This document shows positions 27,851 through 37,709 of a DNA stretch of 64,000 nt, piece by piece. Below the pieces are notes generated by a model. It was not told where the DNA came from. It searched no databases and saw only the letters and a list, made by a program, of their open reading frames with translations. Location of the stretch: the NCBI GenBank assembly GCA_964520615.1, contig CAZFNL010000011.1:1123-65122 (forward strand). Reading direction: 5' to 3'. Within the stretch, counting starts at the first letter, position 1. The number at the start of each line of letters is the position of its first letter. Position numbers and translations under genes: made by a program. Source of the stretch: an uncultured Gammaproteobacteria bacterium (GTDB taxonomy: Bacteria > Patescibacteriota > Microgenomatia > 2-02-FULL-39-11).

Positions 27851-27861
27851 ACTCTACTTCC

Positions 27862-27891
27862 ACTGTAAAATAATTTTTTCTATTTTGTCAA
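27862..27891 (-). promoter_or_regulatory. Putative sigma70 promoter at head of surface-protein locus
   Basis: TTGACA-N18-TACAGT, ~11 nt upstream of the antiterminator motif. Confidence 0.6.
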
Positions 27892-28003
27892 TACCCAAGT
27901 TTTTAGCTAAGTTTAGAGATAATATAATACATTTATATATCTGAAAACAATATGGGAAATGACATGATTTTATCGAGATCTGTTTTGAAGGATATGTTGC
28001 TAA

Positions 28004-28033
28004 TTGCAATTTCAAGTGCAAGAAGTATATAAT
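28004..28033 (+). promoter_or_regulatory. Putative promoter of T-box-alaS
   Basis: TTGCAA-N18-TATAAT. Confidence 0.6.
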
Positions 28034-28049
28034 ATCAATCAAGATAGTA

Positions 28050-28319
28050 AAATCATGCGGGGACAAGTATCTGGAGATTGCAAAATCGAAGGTGAAGCCG
28101 CCCAGCAAGTCCCGAAATATATTGAGGGAGAAGATGCGGAAAGAAACCCTTCTTCAAACGGAAGGATAAGTAGAATCCGACGGGTATGCCCGTGACAGCT
28201 GGAATAAGTAGTTGTTAGTAAGTAGTCAGGAAACATATTCAATAATTAACCAATAACTAACAACTAAAGTAAGGTGGTACCGTGACGATCTCACCCTTTG
28301 ACAAAGGTGGGATTTTTTT
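28050..28319 (+). ncRNA. T-box riboswitch (Ala) upstream of alaS
   Basis: Antiterminator AAGG-TGGTACC-GTGA..TCAC-CCTT (28271-28298); overlapping terminator ATCTCACC..GGTGGGAT-T7; short Stem I GGGAC-AAGTA..GCA-A-GTCCC with candidate GCA specifier at 28105. Confidence 0.85.
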
Positions 28320-28458
28320 GTGAGAGTAGAAGATACAAAGTGAGTCGTACTCTCACGTATGGTGAGGAGAGAAGCGACGAATCCATTTTGTAGGTTAGTT
28401 AATGAATATTTTACCAGAGACTGATGTTATAAATGTTACAATTCAATTAAATAAACAT

Positions 28459-30297
28459 ATGACTCACACTGATTTGCGCAAAAAATTCATCAGGTTTTTT
28501 ACTTCATCTCCACGCAATCACAAGGAAATTCCTTCTGCCCCCCTTGTCCCGGAGAATGATCCGACAGTCCTTTTTATCACAGCCGGCATGCATCCCCTGG
28601 TTCCCTATCTTATGGGAGAAACCCATCCACTGGGACGGAGACTGGTAGATGTGCAAAAATCCATGCGTACTGACGACATCGAGGAAGTAGGAGACCTGCG
28701 CCACTTTACTTTTTTTGAAATGTTGGGTAATTGGAGCCTGGGCGATTATTTCAAAAAGGAAGCAATCAGCTGGTCTTTTGAATTTCTGACTTCTCCCAAA
28801 TGGCTGCATCTTGACCCATCCAAAATTTACATATCTGTATTTGAAGGAGACAGTGATGCGCCCCGCGACGACGAGTCTATCGGTTTCTGGCAAGAGGCTT
28901 TTGGAAAAGCAGGCATAGAAGCAAAAGTGGGTAACCCCAGAGACGATGTGACACTGGGAGGCAGGATATTTCCCTATCCCAAAAGCAAGAACTGGTGGGG
29001 ACCGGCAGGCACCACCGGACCATGCGGTCCTGATACGGAGATGTTTTTTGACACGGGCCTGTCTGTGCATAATCCAGAAATATATGGTCCGGTTTGCCAC
29101 ATCAATTGTGACTGCGGACGTTTTGTAGAAATTTGGAATGACGTCTTCATGCAATATAATAAAAAACCTGACGGAAGTTTTGAACCGCTGCAGCAAAAGA
29201 ATGTTGATACCGGAATGGGTATGGAGAGGTTAACGGCAATTCTGGAATGGTTTGAAGGGAAAATTCCCGATCCGGACCCTTTTCGGACAGAACTTTTTAA
29301 CCCAGTGACGGAAACTATAAATAAAGTCTATTTCCAAAAATACGGCGGGGAAAATACTAAATCTCTACGGATTATCGCAGATCACATCCGAGCGGCAGTT
29401 TTCATCATTTCAGACGGTGTTGTACCCAGCAATAAGGAAAGAGGTTATGTTCTGCGAAAACTCATTAGGCGCACCGTGAGGCATCTCCAGCTTATTGGAG
29501 TTAAAAATCCTTTTATAAGCCCCTTAGCAATGGCTATGATAGAGACCTATAAGTCAGATTATCCTGAATTGTCCCAAAACAAGAAACTCATAAAAGAAAC
29601 AATGGAACAAGAAGAGACAAAATTCTTGGCTACCCTCAGTCGCGGTCTGAAAGAAATAGAAAAACATTCTATCCTGACCGGAAAAATCGCTTTTGACATA
29701 TACCAAAGCTATGGTTTTCCCTGGGAGATGACGGCAGAAATTGCCCGCGAGAAAGGCCAACAGATTGATCAGGCACAGTTTGAGTCGGAATTTAAAAAAC
29801 ATCAGGAATTATCACGTACAGCTACAAAAGGCGTATTTAAGGGAGGATTACAGGATCACTCGGAAACCACGACTCGCCTCCATACTGCTACTCACCTTCT
29901 CCAGGAAGCTTTACGAGAAGTCCTAGGAGACCACGTCAGGCAAAAAGGCAGCCACATCACAGCTGAGCGTCTGCGTTTTGACTTTTCCCATCCCGCTAAG
30001 ATGACACCTGAAGAGGTAAAAAAAACCGAGGATCTGGTAAATGCACAAATCAAAAAAAATCTTCCCGTAAGCATAAAAGTAATCGACCTGAAAGAAGCTA
30101 CAAATGAAGGCGCGCTCACTGTTCCCGGCGTAAATTATCCTGAAAAAGTAAAAGTATATACCATCGGCAATTTTTCCCGAGAAGTCTGTGGAGGACCGCA
30201 TGTCGACTTTACAGGAAAGATGGGAACGTTTAAGATAATAAAAGAAGAGGCGGCCTCTGCAAACGTTCGCAGAGTCTATGCAATCCTCACTATCTAA
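28459..30297 (+). CDS. alaS: Alanine--tRNA ligase (short form lacking C-Ala domain)
   Basis: DPTVLFITAGM, FFEMLGNWS.GDYFK, GPCGPDTE, DTGMGMERL, HTATHLL, EVCGGPHV; ATG 28459 preferred. Confidence 0.97.
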   Translation: MTHTDLRKKFIRFFTSSPRNHKEIPSAPLVPENDPTVLFITAGMHPLVPYLMGETHPLGRRLVDVQKSMRTDDIEEVGDLRHFTFFEMLGNWSLGDYFKKEAISWSFEFLTSPKWLHLDPSKIYISVFEGDSDAPRDDESIGFWQEAFGKAGIEAKVGNPRDDVTLGGRIFPYPKSKNWWGPAGTTGPCGPDTEMFFDTGLSVHNPEIYGPVCHINCDCGRFVEIWNDVFMQYNKKPDGSFEPLQQKNVDTGMGMERLTAILEWFEGKIPDPDPFRTELFNPVTETINKVYFQKYGGENTKSLRIIADHIRAAVFIISDGVVPSNKERGYVLRKLIRRTVRHLQLIGVKNPFISPLAMAMIETYKSDYPELSQNKKLIKETMEQEETKFLATLSRGLKEIEKHSILTGKIAFDIYQSYGFPWEMTAEIAREKGQQIDQAQFESEFKKHQELSRTATKGVFKGGLQDHSETTTRLHTATHLLQEALREVLGDHVRQKGSHITAERLRFDFSHPAKMTPEEVKKTEDLVNAQIKKNLPVSIKVIDLKEATNEGALTVPGVNYPEKVKVYTIGNFSREVCGGPHVDFTGKMGTFKIIKEEAASANVRRVYAILTI

Positions 30298-30300
30298 ATA

Positions 30301-32508
30301 ATGTCCCTAGTCAATAAATTCCTGCAAAAAAAAGTAGAAAAAGAATACTTCATAGTCCTCGGCATTGAAGAACACCGCATCTGTGCTGCCGTGGCTGAAA
30401 TTGAAGCCGCTATGGTAAGGATAATCGGAACCGGTGAGAGTGAATATGCAACCGTAGGCAGCGAAATAGAAGCCACTGATATTGCCATTTCCACTGCAGA
30501 AAAAAGTGTCCCTGAAAATATATTCGTCAAAAAGACAATTTTTGGCGTCCCAGTATCGTTTATGCAAAACGGTGAGATAAAACCTGAATATATGGAAAGG
30601 GTACAAAAAATATCCAAAGAACTTGACCTGTCTCCCCAAGGATATATCGAGTATCCCCAGGCAATCTCCAGCTTTTTGGAAGCAAAAGAAGAAACACCTC
30701 CTACTCTTCTTCTACTATCCATCGGAAGGAATCATCTTACTCTATCACATCTTCGAGTGGGTAAAGTGGAAAAAAATATTGTTGTCGAAAGGTCTTCATC
30801 TTTATCAGAAGACTTCAATAGTATACTTTCCCATTTCGAGTCAGAAATTCTGCCTTCAAAAATAGTCATGTATGACGAAGTAAAAGGACCACTCCTTGAG
30901 GACATGAGGGAAGAACTGCTGAATTTTCCCTGGCACAAACAGGCTTCTTTTATGCATACGCCCAAAATAGAAATTATGGAACCAAGCGCTATCACAACAG
31001 CCCTGGTTGAGACAGCAGCCAGTAAATTCATCAGAAGCGATCTTAAAGTAATCTCTCAAGATGAGGAAAAATCAGAAAGTACAGCAAACGTCAATTCAAA
31101 AGAAGAAACTGAAAAAGAAAATGAGAGTTATACAAGTGAAACTCCTACAGTAAAAAGATTGGTTGAAAAAGAAAACCATAGTGAAGAAGAAGCTTTTGGT
31201 TTTGTAAAGAATAAAGACATCAGGAAAACAGAAGAACTGGAAAATATCTCCACTCCTGTCGACCTGAAAACAGAATTGTTTGGCGGGAAATTTGAGGAAG
31301 CACAAAAACCCGTCAGGAAATTCATACCCAATACGCCCAATATACCATTGCGCCTTCCACCTATATCCTTGAGCCTGGCGCCAGCACTCGGGGTTTTATT
31401 GGCCCTTATACTTATTGTCTTTGTGGGCTATTTTCTTGTCTGGAATTATCCTCAAAGTGACGTCAATCTTATCGTCTATCCTCTCAAGTCTTCCCAGACA
31501 ATGGGTGTAGTCTTTACCACAGACAATACCCGAACCAACCTAGACAATAACATCATCCTCGCTTCCACCATATCCCAAGAAATTTCCGACCAGAAGACTG
31601 TCGAGACTACAGGAAAAACCAAAGTGGGCAATCCGGCAAAAGGTGATGTGACGATATACAACAAAACTCTTGATGCCAAGACTTTCCCAAAAGGTACTGT
31701 TTTAACCAACGGATCGCTAAAATTTACACTGGATAATGATACCACTATCGCTTCTGCTTCAGACACAGGGGAAGGGCTGACTTATGGGAAAACCACGACA
31801 AGCGTCACAGCCGTTGATATAGGACCAGAAGGTAACCTGGGTGCTGACAGTAATTTTACCATAAAGGACTTCCCAGGAACATCATACTATGCCAAAAATA
31901 CAAGCAATTTTTCAGGCGGCACCAGCCGGGATGTATCAAGCGTCTCTAAAGAGGATCAGGATAATCTTTTCTCCTCGCTTTCCCAGGATCTTGAAGGTCA
32001 GGCGAAGCAAAAAATGCTTCAGCAAATTGGATCTGATGAAAAACTGCTTGACGGATCTATAGAAAATACAGTCGTCTCCCAAAAATTCAGCAACGACGTC
32101 AATACAGAAGCCAAAGAATTGACGCTGACGCTTGACATGAAAGTCAATGCGCTTGTTTACAAACAGAAAGACCTGACTACTCTTGCCAAAACTGACCTTT
32201 TCCAGCCACCCCAGGGATATACTATCAATAATTCACAAAATCAGATAAAGATCGAACAGGCACAAGTAGAGAAAAACGGGGATACACAGGCGACCGCCGT
32301 CATAACAGCCAACTTTATCCCCAAATTTGACACATCACTACTTAAATCGCAAATTGCCGGAAAATCTTTTCAAACCGCCAGCAACACGTTATCAAAAATC
32401 AATAATATCGGGGGTATAGAAATTATCAAAGAAAACAACCTTCCTCTATGGGGAAATAGGCTTCCTCTAAACGGGAATAATATCAATATCAATCTCGTCA
32501 TTCGATAA
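30301..32508 (+). CDS. Membrane protein: FtsA/PilM-like N-terminus, TM, baseplate-J-like extracellular domain
   Basis: Actin-like strand pattern at N-terminus; one TM; A.G.VTIYN, F.L.......A, V.A...GP.GN, F.GG.S motifs. Confidence 0.55.
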   Translation: MSLVNKFLQKKVEKEYFIVLGIEEHRICAAVAEIEAAMVRIIGTGESEYATVGSEIEATDIAISTAEKSVPENIFVKKTIFGVPVSFMQNGEIKPEYMERVQKISKELDLSPQGYIEYPQAISSFLEAKEETPPTLLLLSIGRNHLTLSHLRVGKVEKNIVVERSSSLSEDFNSILSHFESEILPSKIVMYDEVKGPLLEDMREELLNFPWHKQASFMHTPKIEIMEPSAITTALVETAASKFIRSDLKVISQDEEKSESTANVNSKEETEKENESYTSETPTVKRLVEKENHSEEEAFGFVKNKDIRKTEELENISTPVDLKTELFGGKFEEAQKPVRKFIPNTPNIPLRLPPISLSLAPALGVLLALILIVFVGYFLVWNYPQSDVNLIVYPLKSSQTMGVVFTTDNTRTNLDNNIILASTISQEISDQKTVETTGKTKVGNPAKGDVTIYNKTLDAKTFPKGTVLTNGSLKFTLDNDTTIASASDTGEGLTYGKTTTSVTAVDIGPEGNLGADSNFTIKDFPGTSYYAKNTSNFSGGTSRDVSSVSKEDQDNLFSSLSQDLEGQAKQKMLQQIGSDEKLLDGSIENTVVSQKFSNDVNTEAKELTLTLDMKVNALVYKQKDLTTLAKTDLFQPPQGYTINNSQNQIKIEQAQVEKNGDTQATAVITANFIPKFDTSLLKSQIAGKSFQTASNTLSKINNIGGIEIIKENNLPLWGNRLPLNGNNININLVIR

Positions 32509-32511
32509 CAC

Positions 32512-33222
32512 ATGCCATTGTACTCATATACTAAATCCCATGGTAAATCCCGCGGGAAAAAAATAATCTCTTTCATATCTGCAATACTGATCCTTACCGG
32601 ACTTGCAGTCGTCGGTTGGACAGTCTATCCTATCGCCACATATGAAATATTTTATGCGCCCAAATTTGAAAATTCTGTAAATCCGGTACCTATGGAAATT
32701 GTAAAAAACACGATTGCCGACAACATACCTGCAGTATTGGGAGCCCAAAACGCTGATTACACCAGAGCAAGCGCCTGGTTCCCTAAAGCCAACAATATCA
32801 AACTCAGCAATTCCAATACGTCGTATTTTGTTTCTATACCCAAAGTAAATATCCAAAATGCTACAGTCCTTCTGGGTAACGATGATCTTAACAAAAGCCT
32901 GGTACAGTTTGCCGGGCCACTACCTGGAAACTATGGCAATCCAGTCATTTTCGGACATTCTACTCTACTCTGGTTTTATAATCCCAAAGATTACCGGACT
33001 ATCTTTTCTGAATTACCGCAATTAAACATTGGTGACGATATATACATCAGTCTGGAAAACATCAGCTATCATTACAAGGTTTTCCAGATGAAAGTCGTCT
33101 GGCCTGACAATCTCTCTGTATTGGATCAGACATATGACGATGAATATCTGACTCTTATCACTTGTGTGCCGCCTGGAACTTTCTATAAACGTCTTGTAGT
33201 CAGTGCCAGACTAGTCAGATAA
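32512..33222 (+). CDS. Sortase
   Basis: TM; PGNYGNPVIFGHS, LTLITCVPPG, RLVV. Confidence 0.9.
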   Translation: MPLYSYTKSHGKSRGKKIISFISAILILTGLAVVGWTVYPIATYEIFYAPKFENSVNPVPMEIVKNTIADNIPAVLGAQNADYTRASAWFPKANNIKLSNSNTSYFVSIPKVNIQNATVLLGNDDLNKSLVQFAGPLPGNYGNPVIFGHSTLLWFYNPKDYRTIFSELPQLNIGDDIYISLENISYHYKVFQMKVVWPDNLSVLDQTYDDEYLTLITCVPPGTFYKRLVVSARLVR

Positions 33223-33416
33223 TAATATTTCTGAAATATTTTTATAAACACAATAACGACAACAGAGTTGAACTCCGATATAATGATTGGATCAGGACAA
33301 ATCCATTTACAAGATGACCGCTGTTATATAAGAAACGATATGATACAAAGGGACTCAAATTTGACATTAAGTCGGGAGCAATCCCCTAGATTATTAATTC
33401 ACTTTTATCAAAAAAT

Positions 33417-34700
33417 ATGAAAACACAAAAACAGGCCGAAAACGAGGAATCTATGAAGGCAATAGATGCCATAAAGAAAAAATTGCTGGGAAAAAAACTT
33501 TCATACAAGGAAATTTTTTCACTTATGGATGAGGTGGCACACGAAAAGTTGGGACCAGTACTTACTACATACTTTGTAGCCGCAGGATTCAAGGAGGGTT
33601 TTTCCAACCAGGAGCTTTTCTATCTTACAAAAGCAATGGCTGATACCGGGACCAAACTGAAATTCAAAGGAATAGTAGCTGATAAACACTCCACTGGCGG
33701 GCTGGCAGGAACAAGAACTACCATGATTCTTGTACCAATCATCGCTGCCGCTGGATATAAGATACCCAAAAACTCATCCCGCGCCATCACTACTCCTGCC
33801 GGAACCGCCGATACTATGGAAGTATTGGCTCCTGTCACTTTCCACCCGGAAAAGATCCAAAAAATAGTGGAAAAAGTCGGCGGTTGTATCGTCTGGGGAG
33901 GACATTTGGGCCTGGCTCCGGCTGATGATGTCATAATTAGAGTCGAGACACCTTTGGCTTTTGAATCTTTTGATAAAATAATTGTTTCCATCATGGCAAA
34001 AAAAATTGCTTCAGGAGCAACGCACCTTGTCCTAGATATCCCCGTAGGGTCAACCCTGAAAGTAAAGCATTTTAAGGATGCGGAAATAATTGCCGCCAAA
34101 TTCCATTTCCTAGCTAAGAAATTTAATATAAAATTGACTGCGGATGTCAATGAAGCTTTGGAACCGGCAGGTCATGCCGTCGGACCTGTGCTTGAAGCCC
34201 ATGACGTCCTCAAAGTTTTGGAACAAAGACCTGACAGGCCATTTATTCTGGAAGCCAAAGCTCTACGCCTAGCTGGGAAACTACTAGATCTTTGCATGTC
34301 TGATCCCAGAGAAAAAAAAGAAAAGCAGACAAACGGCGAAGATCTGGCCAGACAAATTCTCAAAAGCGGCGGCGCCATAAAAAAGATGAGAGAGATCATA
34401 AAAGCACAGGGAGGCAATCCTGATATCGGCATTCCCGATCTGAAACTGGGATCAAATAAATATGAATTTCCCAGCCCAAAGCATGGCACCGTCACGTCTT
34501 TTAATAATGAGGATTTGACTGTAATCGCTAAAATTCTTGGCTGTCCTTATGACAAAAAAGCTGGCATTTATATTGAGAGACGCATCGATGAAAGAGTAGA
34601 CAAGAATGATATACTATGTGTGCTCTATTCATCTGACAAATGGAGACTAAGCGAGGCCAAAGAGACACTGAAACAAGTACCTATTTATAAGATTGAGTAA
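33417..34700 (+). CDS. AMP/thymidine phosphorylase (archaeal AMP-phosphorylase-like)
   Basis: DKHSTGG..G.RTT, IPK.SSRAIT.PAGTAD.MEVLA.V, IVWGG..LAPADD, SIMAKK. Confidence 0.88.
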   Translation: MKTQKQAENEESMKAIDAIKKKLLGKKLSYKEIFSLMDEVAHEKLGPVLTTYFVAAGFKEGFSNQELFYLTKAMADTGTKLKFKGIVADKHSTGGLAGTRTTMILVPIIAAAGYKIPKNSSRAITTPAGTADTMEVLAPVTFHPEKIQKIVEKVGGCIVWGGHLGLAPADDVIIRVETPLAFESFDKIIVSIMAKKIASGATHLVLDIPVGSTLKVKHFKDAEIIAAKFHFLAKKFNIKLTADVNEALEPAGHAVGPVLEAHDVLKVLEQRPDRPFILEAKALRLAGKLLDLCMSDPREKKEKQTNGEDLARQILKSGGAIKKMREIIKAQGGNPDIGIPDLKLGSNKYEFPSPKHGTVTSFNNEDLTVIAKILGCPYDKKAGIYIERRIDERVDKNDILCVLYSSDKWRLSEAKETLKQVPIYKIE

Positions 34701-34771
34701 AAAAGAAATGTTATTTTTCCAGTATAGGAATTTTTGATGTTATCTGTGCGATAACTGGTGCAGGAGAAAAA

Positions 34772-34984
34772 ATGTTCAGAAATATTATTTCTCCAGTACA
34801 AGCCTGGCTCATGTCACAAGGCCGATGTGTTGGGTGCGGCACTGCTCTGTCGGGAAGCGGTAAAGGGAAAAAGACTGGAGAAGAACAGGAGATAACCTGC
34901 AGGAAATGCGGCAGGATATTTTTACGAAACAGAAAAACAGGGCGGTATCGCAGGGCGCCGATTTCTTCTTCACTTAAAAAATGA
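34772..34984 (+). CDS. Small zinc-ribbon protein
   Basis: CVGC...CRKC; ATGA overlap with mltG. Confidence 0.65.
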   Translation: MFRNIISPVQAWLMSQGRCVGCGTALSGSGKGKKTGEEQEITCRKCGRIFLRNRKTGRYRRAPISSSLKK

Positions 34985-35946
34985 AACAGAGATTAATTAT
35001 ACTATTTCTGATACTTGTTATCATCGGAATGTCAATCCTTCTTTGGTGGAACCAGGCAATAAAACCCTCTGATCCACAGAATGTACAAAACGCCACCTTC
35101 ACCATTTCAAGAGGAGAAAATGTCAGGGATATTGCCGAAAGATTGCAAAAAGATAACCTGATAAGGTCATCCGTAGCATTTTTCCTTATAGCAAGGTTCG
35201 GAGGCTTGGCACAAAATATCCAGTCTGGTGATTTTAAGTTAAACCCGGCTATGGATCTTTTTACGGTAGCAAATACTTTGACACATGGAACCACAGACGT
35301 CAGAATCACTATTCCAGAAGGTTGGCGGGACGAGGAAATATCTCTGGAATTGACCAAAGAACTAAATATACCTGAATCTGAATTTTTGAAAGTGGCCAAC
35401 GAAGGATTTATGTTCCCTGATACCTATATGCTGCCCAAAAATGCTTCTGCTTCCACAGTCGTTAGACTTATGCAATCAAACTTCCATAAAAAGGTCAAAG
35501 GGGATATCATATCGAAAGCACAAGTAAAGGGATTATCATTAAATGACCTTATCACTGTCGCGTCGCTGGTGGAAAGAGAAGCAAAATTACCCAAGGACCG
35601 GCCTTTGGTAGCGAGCGTCATATTAAATAGGCTCAAAATAGGTATGAAACTGGATATTGACGCAACAGTCCAATATGCACTGGGTTATCAACCGGCAAAC
35701 CAGAGCTGGTGGAAAAAAGATTTGACCCAGGAGGATCTGCAAATTGACTCCCCTTACAATACATATCTTAACCCTGGTCTTCCACCAGGCCCGATAGCCA
35801 ATCCTGGCCTAGCAGCAATAGAAGCGGTGGCCAATGCGCCCCAAACAGATTATCTTTTCTATGTCTCAGATAAAAGCGGGAAACTCCACTTTGCCACTTC
35901 CGAAGAAGGACACAACTCCAACATCACAAAATACATAAATAATTGA
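34981..35946 (+). CDS. mltG: Endolytic transglycosylase MltG
   Basis: ITIPEGW, EGFMFPDTY, ASLVERE, LDIDATVQY, SPYNTY..GLPPGPIANPG. Confidence 0.96.
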   Translation: MKQRLIILFLILVIIGMSILLWWNQAIKPSDPQNVQNATFTISRGENVRDIAERLQKDNLIRSSVAFFLIARFGGLAQNIQSGDFKLNPAMDLFTVANTLTHGTTDVRITIPEGWRDEEISLELTKELNIPESEFLKVANEGFMFPDTYMLPKNASASTVVRLMQSNFHKKVKGDIISKAQVKGLSLNDLITVASLVEREAKLPKDRPLVASVILNRLKIGMKLDIDATVQYALGYQPANQSWWKKDLTQEDLQIDSPYNTYLNPGLPPGPIANPGLAAIEAVANAPQTDYLFYVSDKSGKLHFATSEEGHNSNITKYINN

Positions 35947-35950
35947 TTTA

Positions 35951-36550
35951 TCACAATTCCAAACTACGCCACAAGATTCTGCATGCATAACTTCTGTATG
36001 GCGACCACTTTTTGCTGAATTCTTCCGCTCTTTTTATAGTCACTTCCTCCTCAAGTTTGTATAATTTCTTTATGGCTTTGCGCAAACCCAAATCTCCTGG
36101 TGAAAAAATATCTTCTTTTCCAAGAGAGAAAATAAGAAACATTTCAACTGTCCATGAACCTATTCCTTTTATTTTCGTCAGCCTTTGACGAATTTCCATT
36201 TCTTTATACTTCCCTATTTTATTCAAATCCAGTCGGCCACTAACTATTTCCTTGGCAACTCCTTTCATAAAATTTATTTTTGAACGAGAGGGACCAGTCT
36301 GTCTTATTTTTCCGTCACCCAGTTTTAATAACTTCTCAGCAGTCACCAAGCCTCGGGGGAAAAGTTTACTGAAACGCGCAAATATTGTCGCGCTGGCCTT
36401 ATCCGATAGTTGTTGGTTTATGATAATTTCGCAAAGATGGGAAAAGTAATCACGGTTTGTGGAGATTTCGGAAAGAGGACGGATTTTTCCTATGACAGAA
36501 AAAAGGTCTGGGTCAATTTTCCTAAAATGTTCAATTATTTTTTTATCCAT
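35951..36550 (-). CDS. alkA: DNA-3-methyladenine glycosylase II (AlkA/HhH-GPD)
   Basis: IINQQLS, L..IKGIG.WT.EMFL, D....DLGL, W.PYRS.A. Confidence 0.9.
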   Translation of the reverse strand: MDKKIIEHFRKIDPDLFSVIGKIRPLSEISTNRDYFSHLCEIIINQQLSDKASATIFARFSKLFPRGLVTAEKLLKLGDGKIRQTGPSRSKINFMKGVAKEIVSGRLDLNKIGKYKEMEIRQRLTKIKGIGSWTVEMFLIFSLGKEDIFSPGDLGLRKAIKKLYKLEEEVTIKRAEEFSKKWSPYRSYACRILWRSLEL

Positions 36551-36622
36551 TAACTATCTATTACGATTTTTAGAAAAGGATGGGCGGCGGGCGTCTAGTT
36601 TAAACAATCTTTCTCTATTTGG

Positions 36623-37525
36623 CTAAAACCAGCCTTTCTTTTCCTTGCCTTCCTTATTAAATTGCTGCAGTAATTCTTTTTGCCGTCCGGAAAGCTTTGT
36701 GGGAACCAACACCTTTAACCTGACATAGTGGTCTCCCCGTCCGCTACCCCGCACATGAGGTACTCCTTTCCCCCTAAGTCTTATAAGAGTACCGGGCTGT
36801 GTCCCCGGTTGCACCTTGAGATTCAACGGCCCATCTATAGTTGGTACGGAAATTACATCACCCAAAGCCGCCTGGCCGAAACTCACCTCTGCATCAGAAA
36901 TAAGATCATAACCTTCTCTTCTGAATCTTGAATCTTGCTGTACCTCGACTATGATATCATAATCGGAAAAACGGATACGTGTTTCATTGTCTACCCCTGC
37001 CGGGATTTTGATTTTTTGGGATTTCCCTTCTATCTCCACTTCTTTCTCCGTACCCTTGACCGCCTCCATAAAATCTATCGTTAACTGGTAAACAGACCGT
37101 CTTTTTGTTCTCTGTCTGCCACTAAATGGTGATCCGCCGAAAAACTGTTCAAATATCTCAAAGGGATCGGAAAAACCGCCGAAATCCACTCCCTCAAAGG
37201 GAGAACCTCCGCCGTAAGAGCTGTAAGTATAGGTAAAAGGACCGTATCTTCCTGTCTGTTGTCCGCCAAAAGGCCCTTGTCCTGCCGCACCAAAACCGCT
37301 TCCAGGAGCAAAAGCCGACTCACCATACTGGTCATACGCCTCTTTCTTCTTGGGATCGGAAAGCACTTCATATGCTTTATTTATTTCCTTGAATTTTTCA
37401 GTTGCTTCAGCACTTTTGTTTCTATCTGGATGCCACTCTAAAGCAAGTTTTCTATAGGCACGTTTTATCTCTGCCTCTGAAGCTCCTTTTTGCACGCCCA
37501 AAATCTCGTAAAAATTCTTGGCCAT
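36623..37525 (-). CDS. dnaJ: DnaJ-class chaperone lacking zinc finger
   Basis: J-domain with HPD, G/F region, C-terminal domain; no CxxCxGxG repeats. Confidence 0.9.
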   Translation of the reverse strand: MAKNFYEILGVQKGASEAEIKRAYRKLALEWHPDRNKSAEATEKFKEINKAYEVLSDPKKKEAYDQYGESAFAPGSGFGAAGQGPFGGQQTGRYGPFTYTYSSYGGGSPFEGVDFGGFSDPFEIFEQFFGGSPFSGRQRTKRRSVYQLTIDFMEAVKGTEKEVEIEGKSQKIKIPAGVDNETRIRFSDYDIIVEVQQDSRFRREGYDLISDAEVSFGQAALGDVISVPTIDGPLNLKVQPGTQPGTLIRLRGKGVPHVRGSGRGDHYVRLKVLVPTKLSGRQKELLQQFNKEGKEKKGWF

Positions 37526-37709
37526 AATCTCTTATTTTATCAAAAAAAGCGCTAAACGCGCTTTGAATAAATCTTAATCGTGTTTTAACCTAGAGAATTA
37601 ATGCATCACGCCACACAACCCAACTAAACCATCTTAAACTTTATATAAAAATTATATTATCTCTTTACACAAATATTTAGTCCGATCTTGCAACTCACAA
37701 CCAGTAAAA

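Noticed and set aside
27854-28242. ORF-track entries of 63-84 aa upstream of alaS
   Set aside because: They overlap divergent promoters and the T-box leader; no protein features
28504-29196. Long antisense ORFs (this one; also 10040-10627, 38347-38997, 48161-48793, 63466-63978)
   Set aside because: Shadow frames opposite well-supported genes
30301-32508. Prophage or contractile injection system based on the baseplate-J-like domain
   Set aside because: No sheath, tube, capsid or terminase genes; embedded in a housekeeping operon
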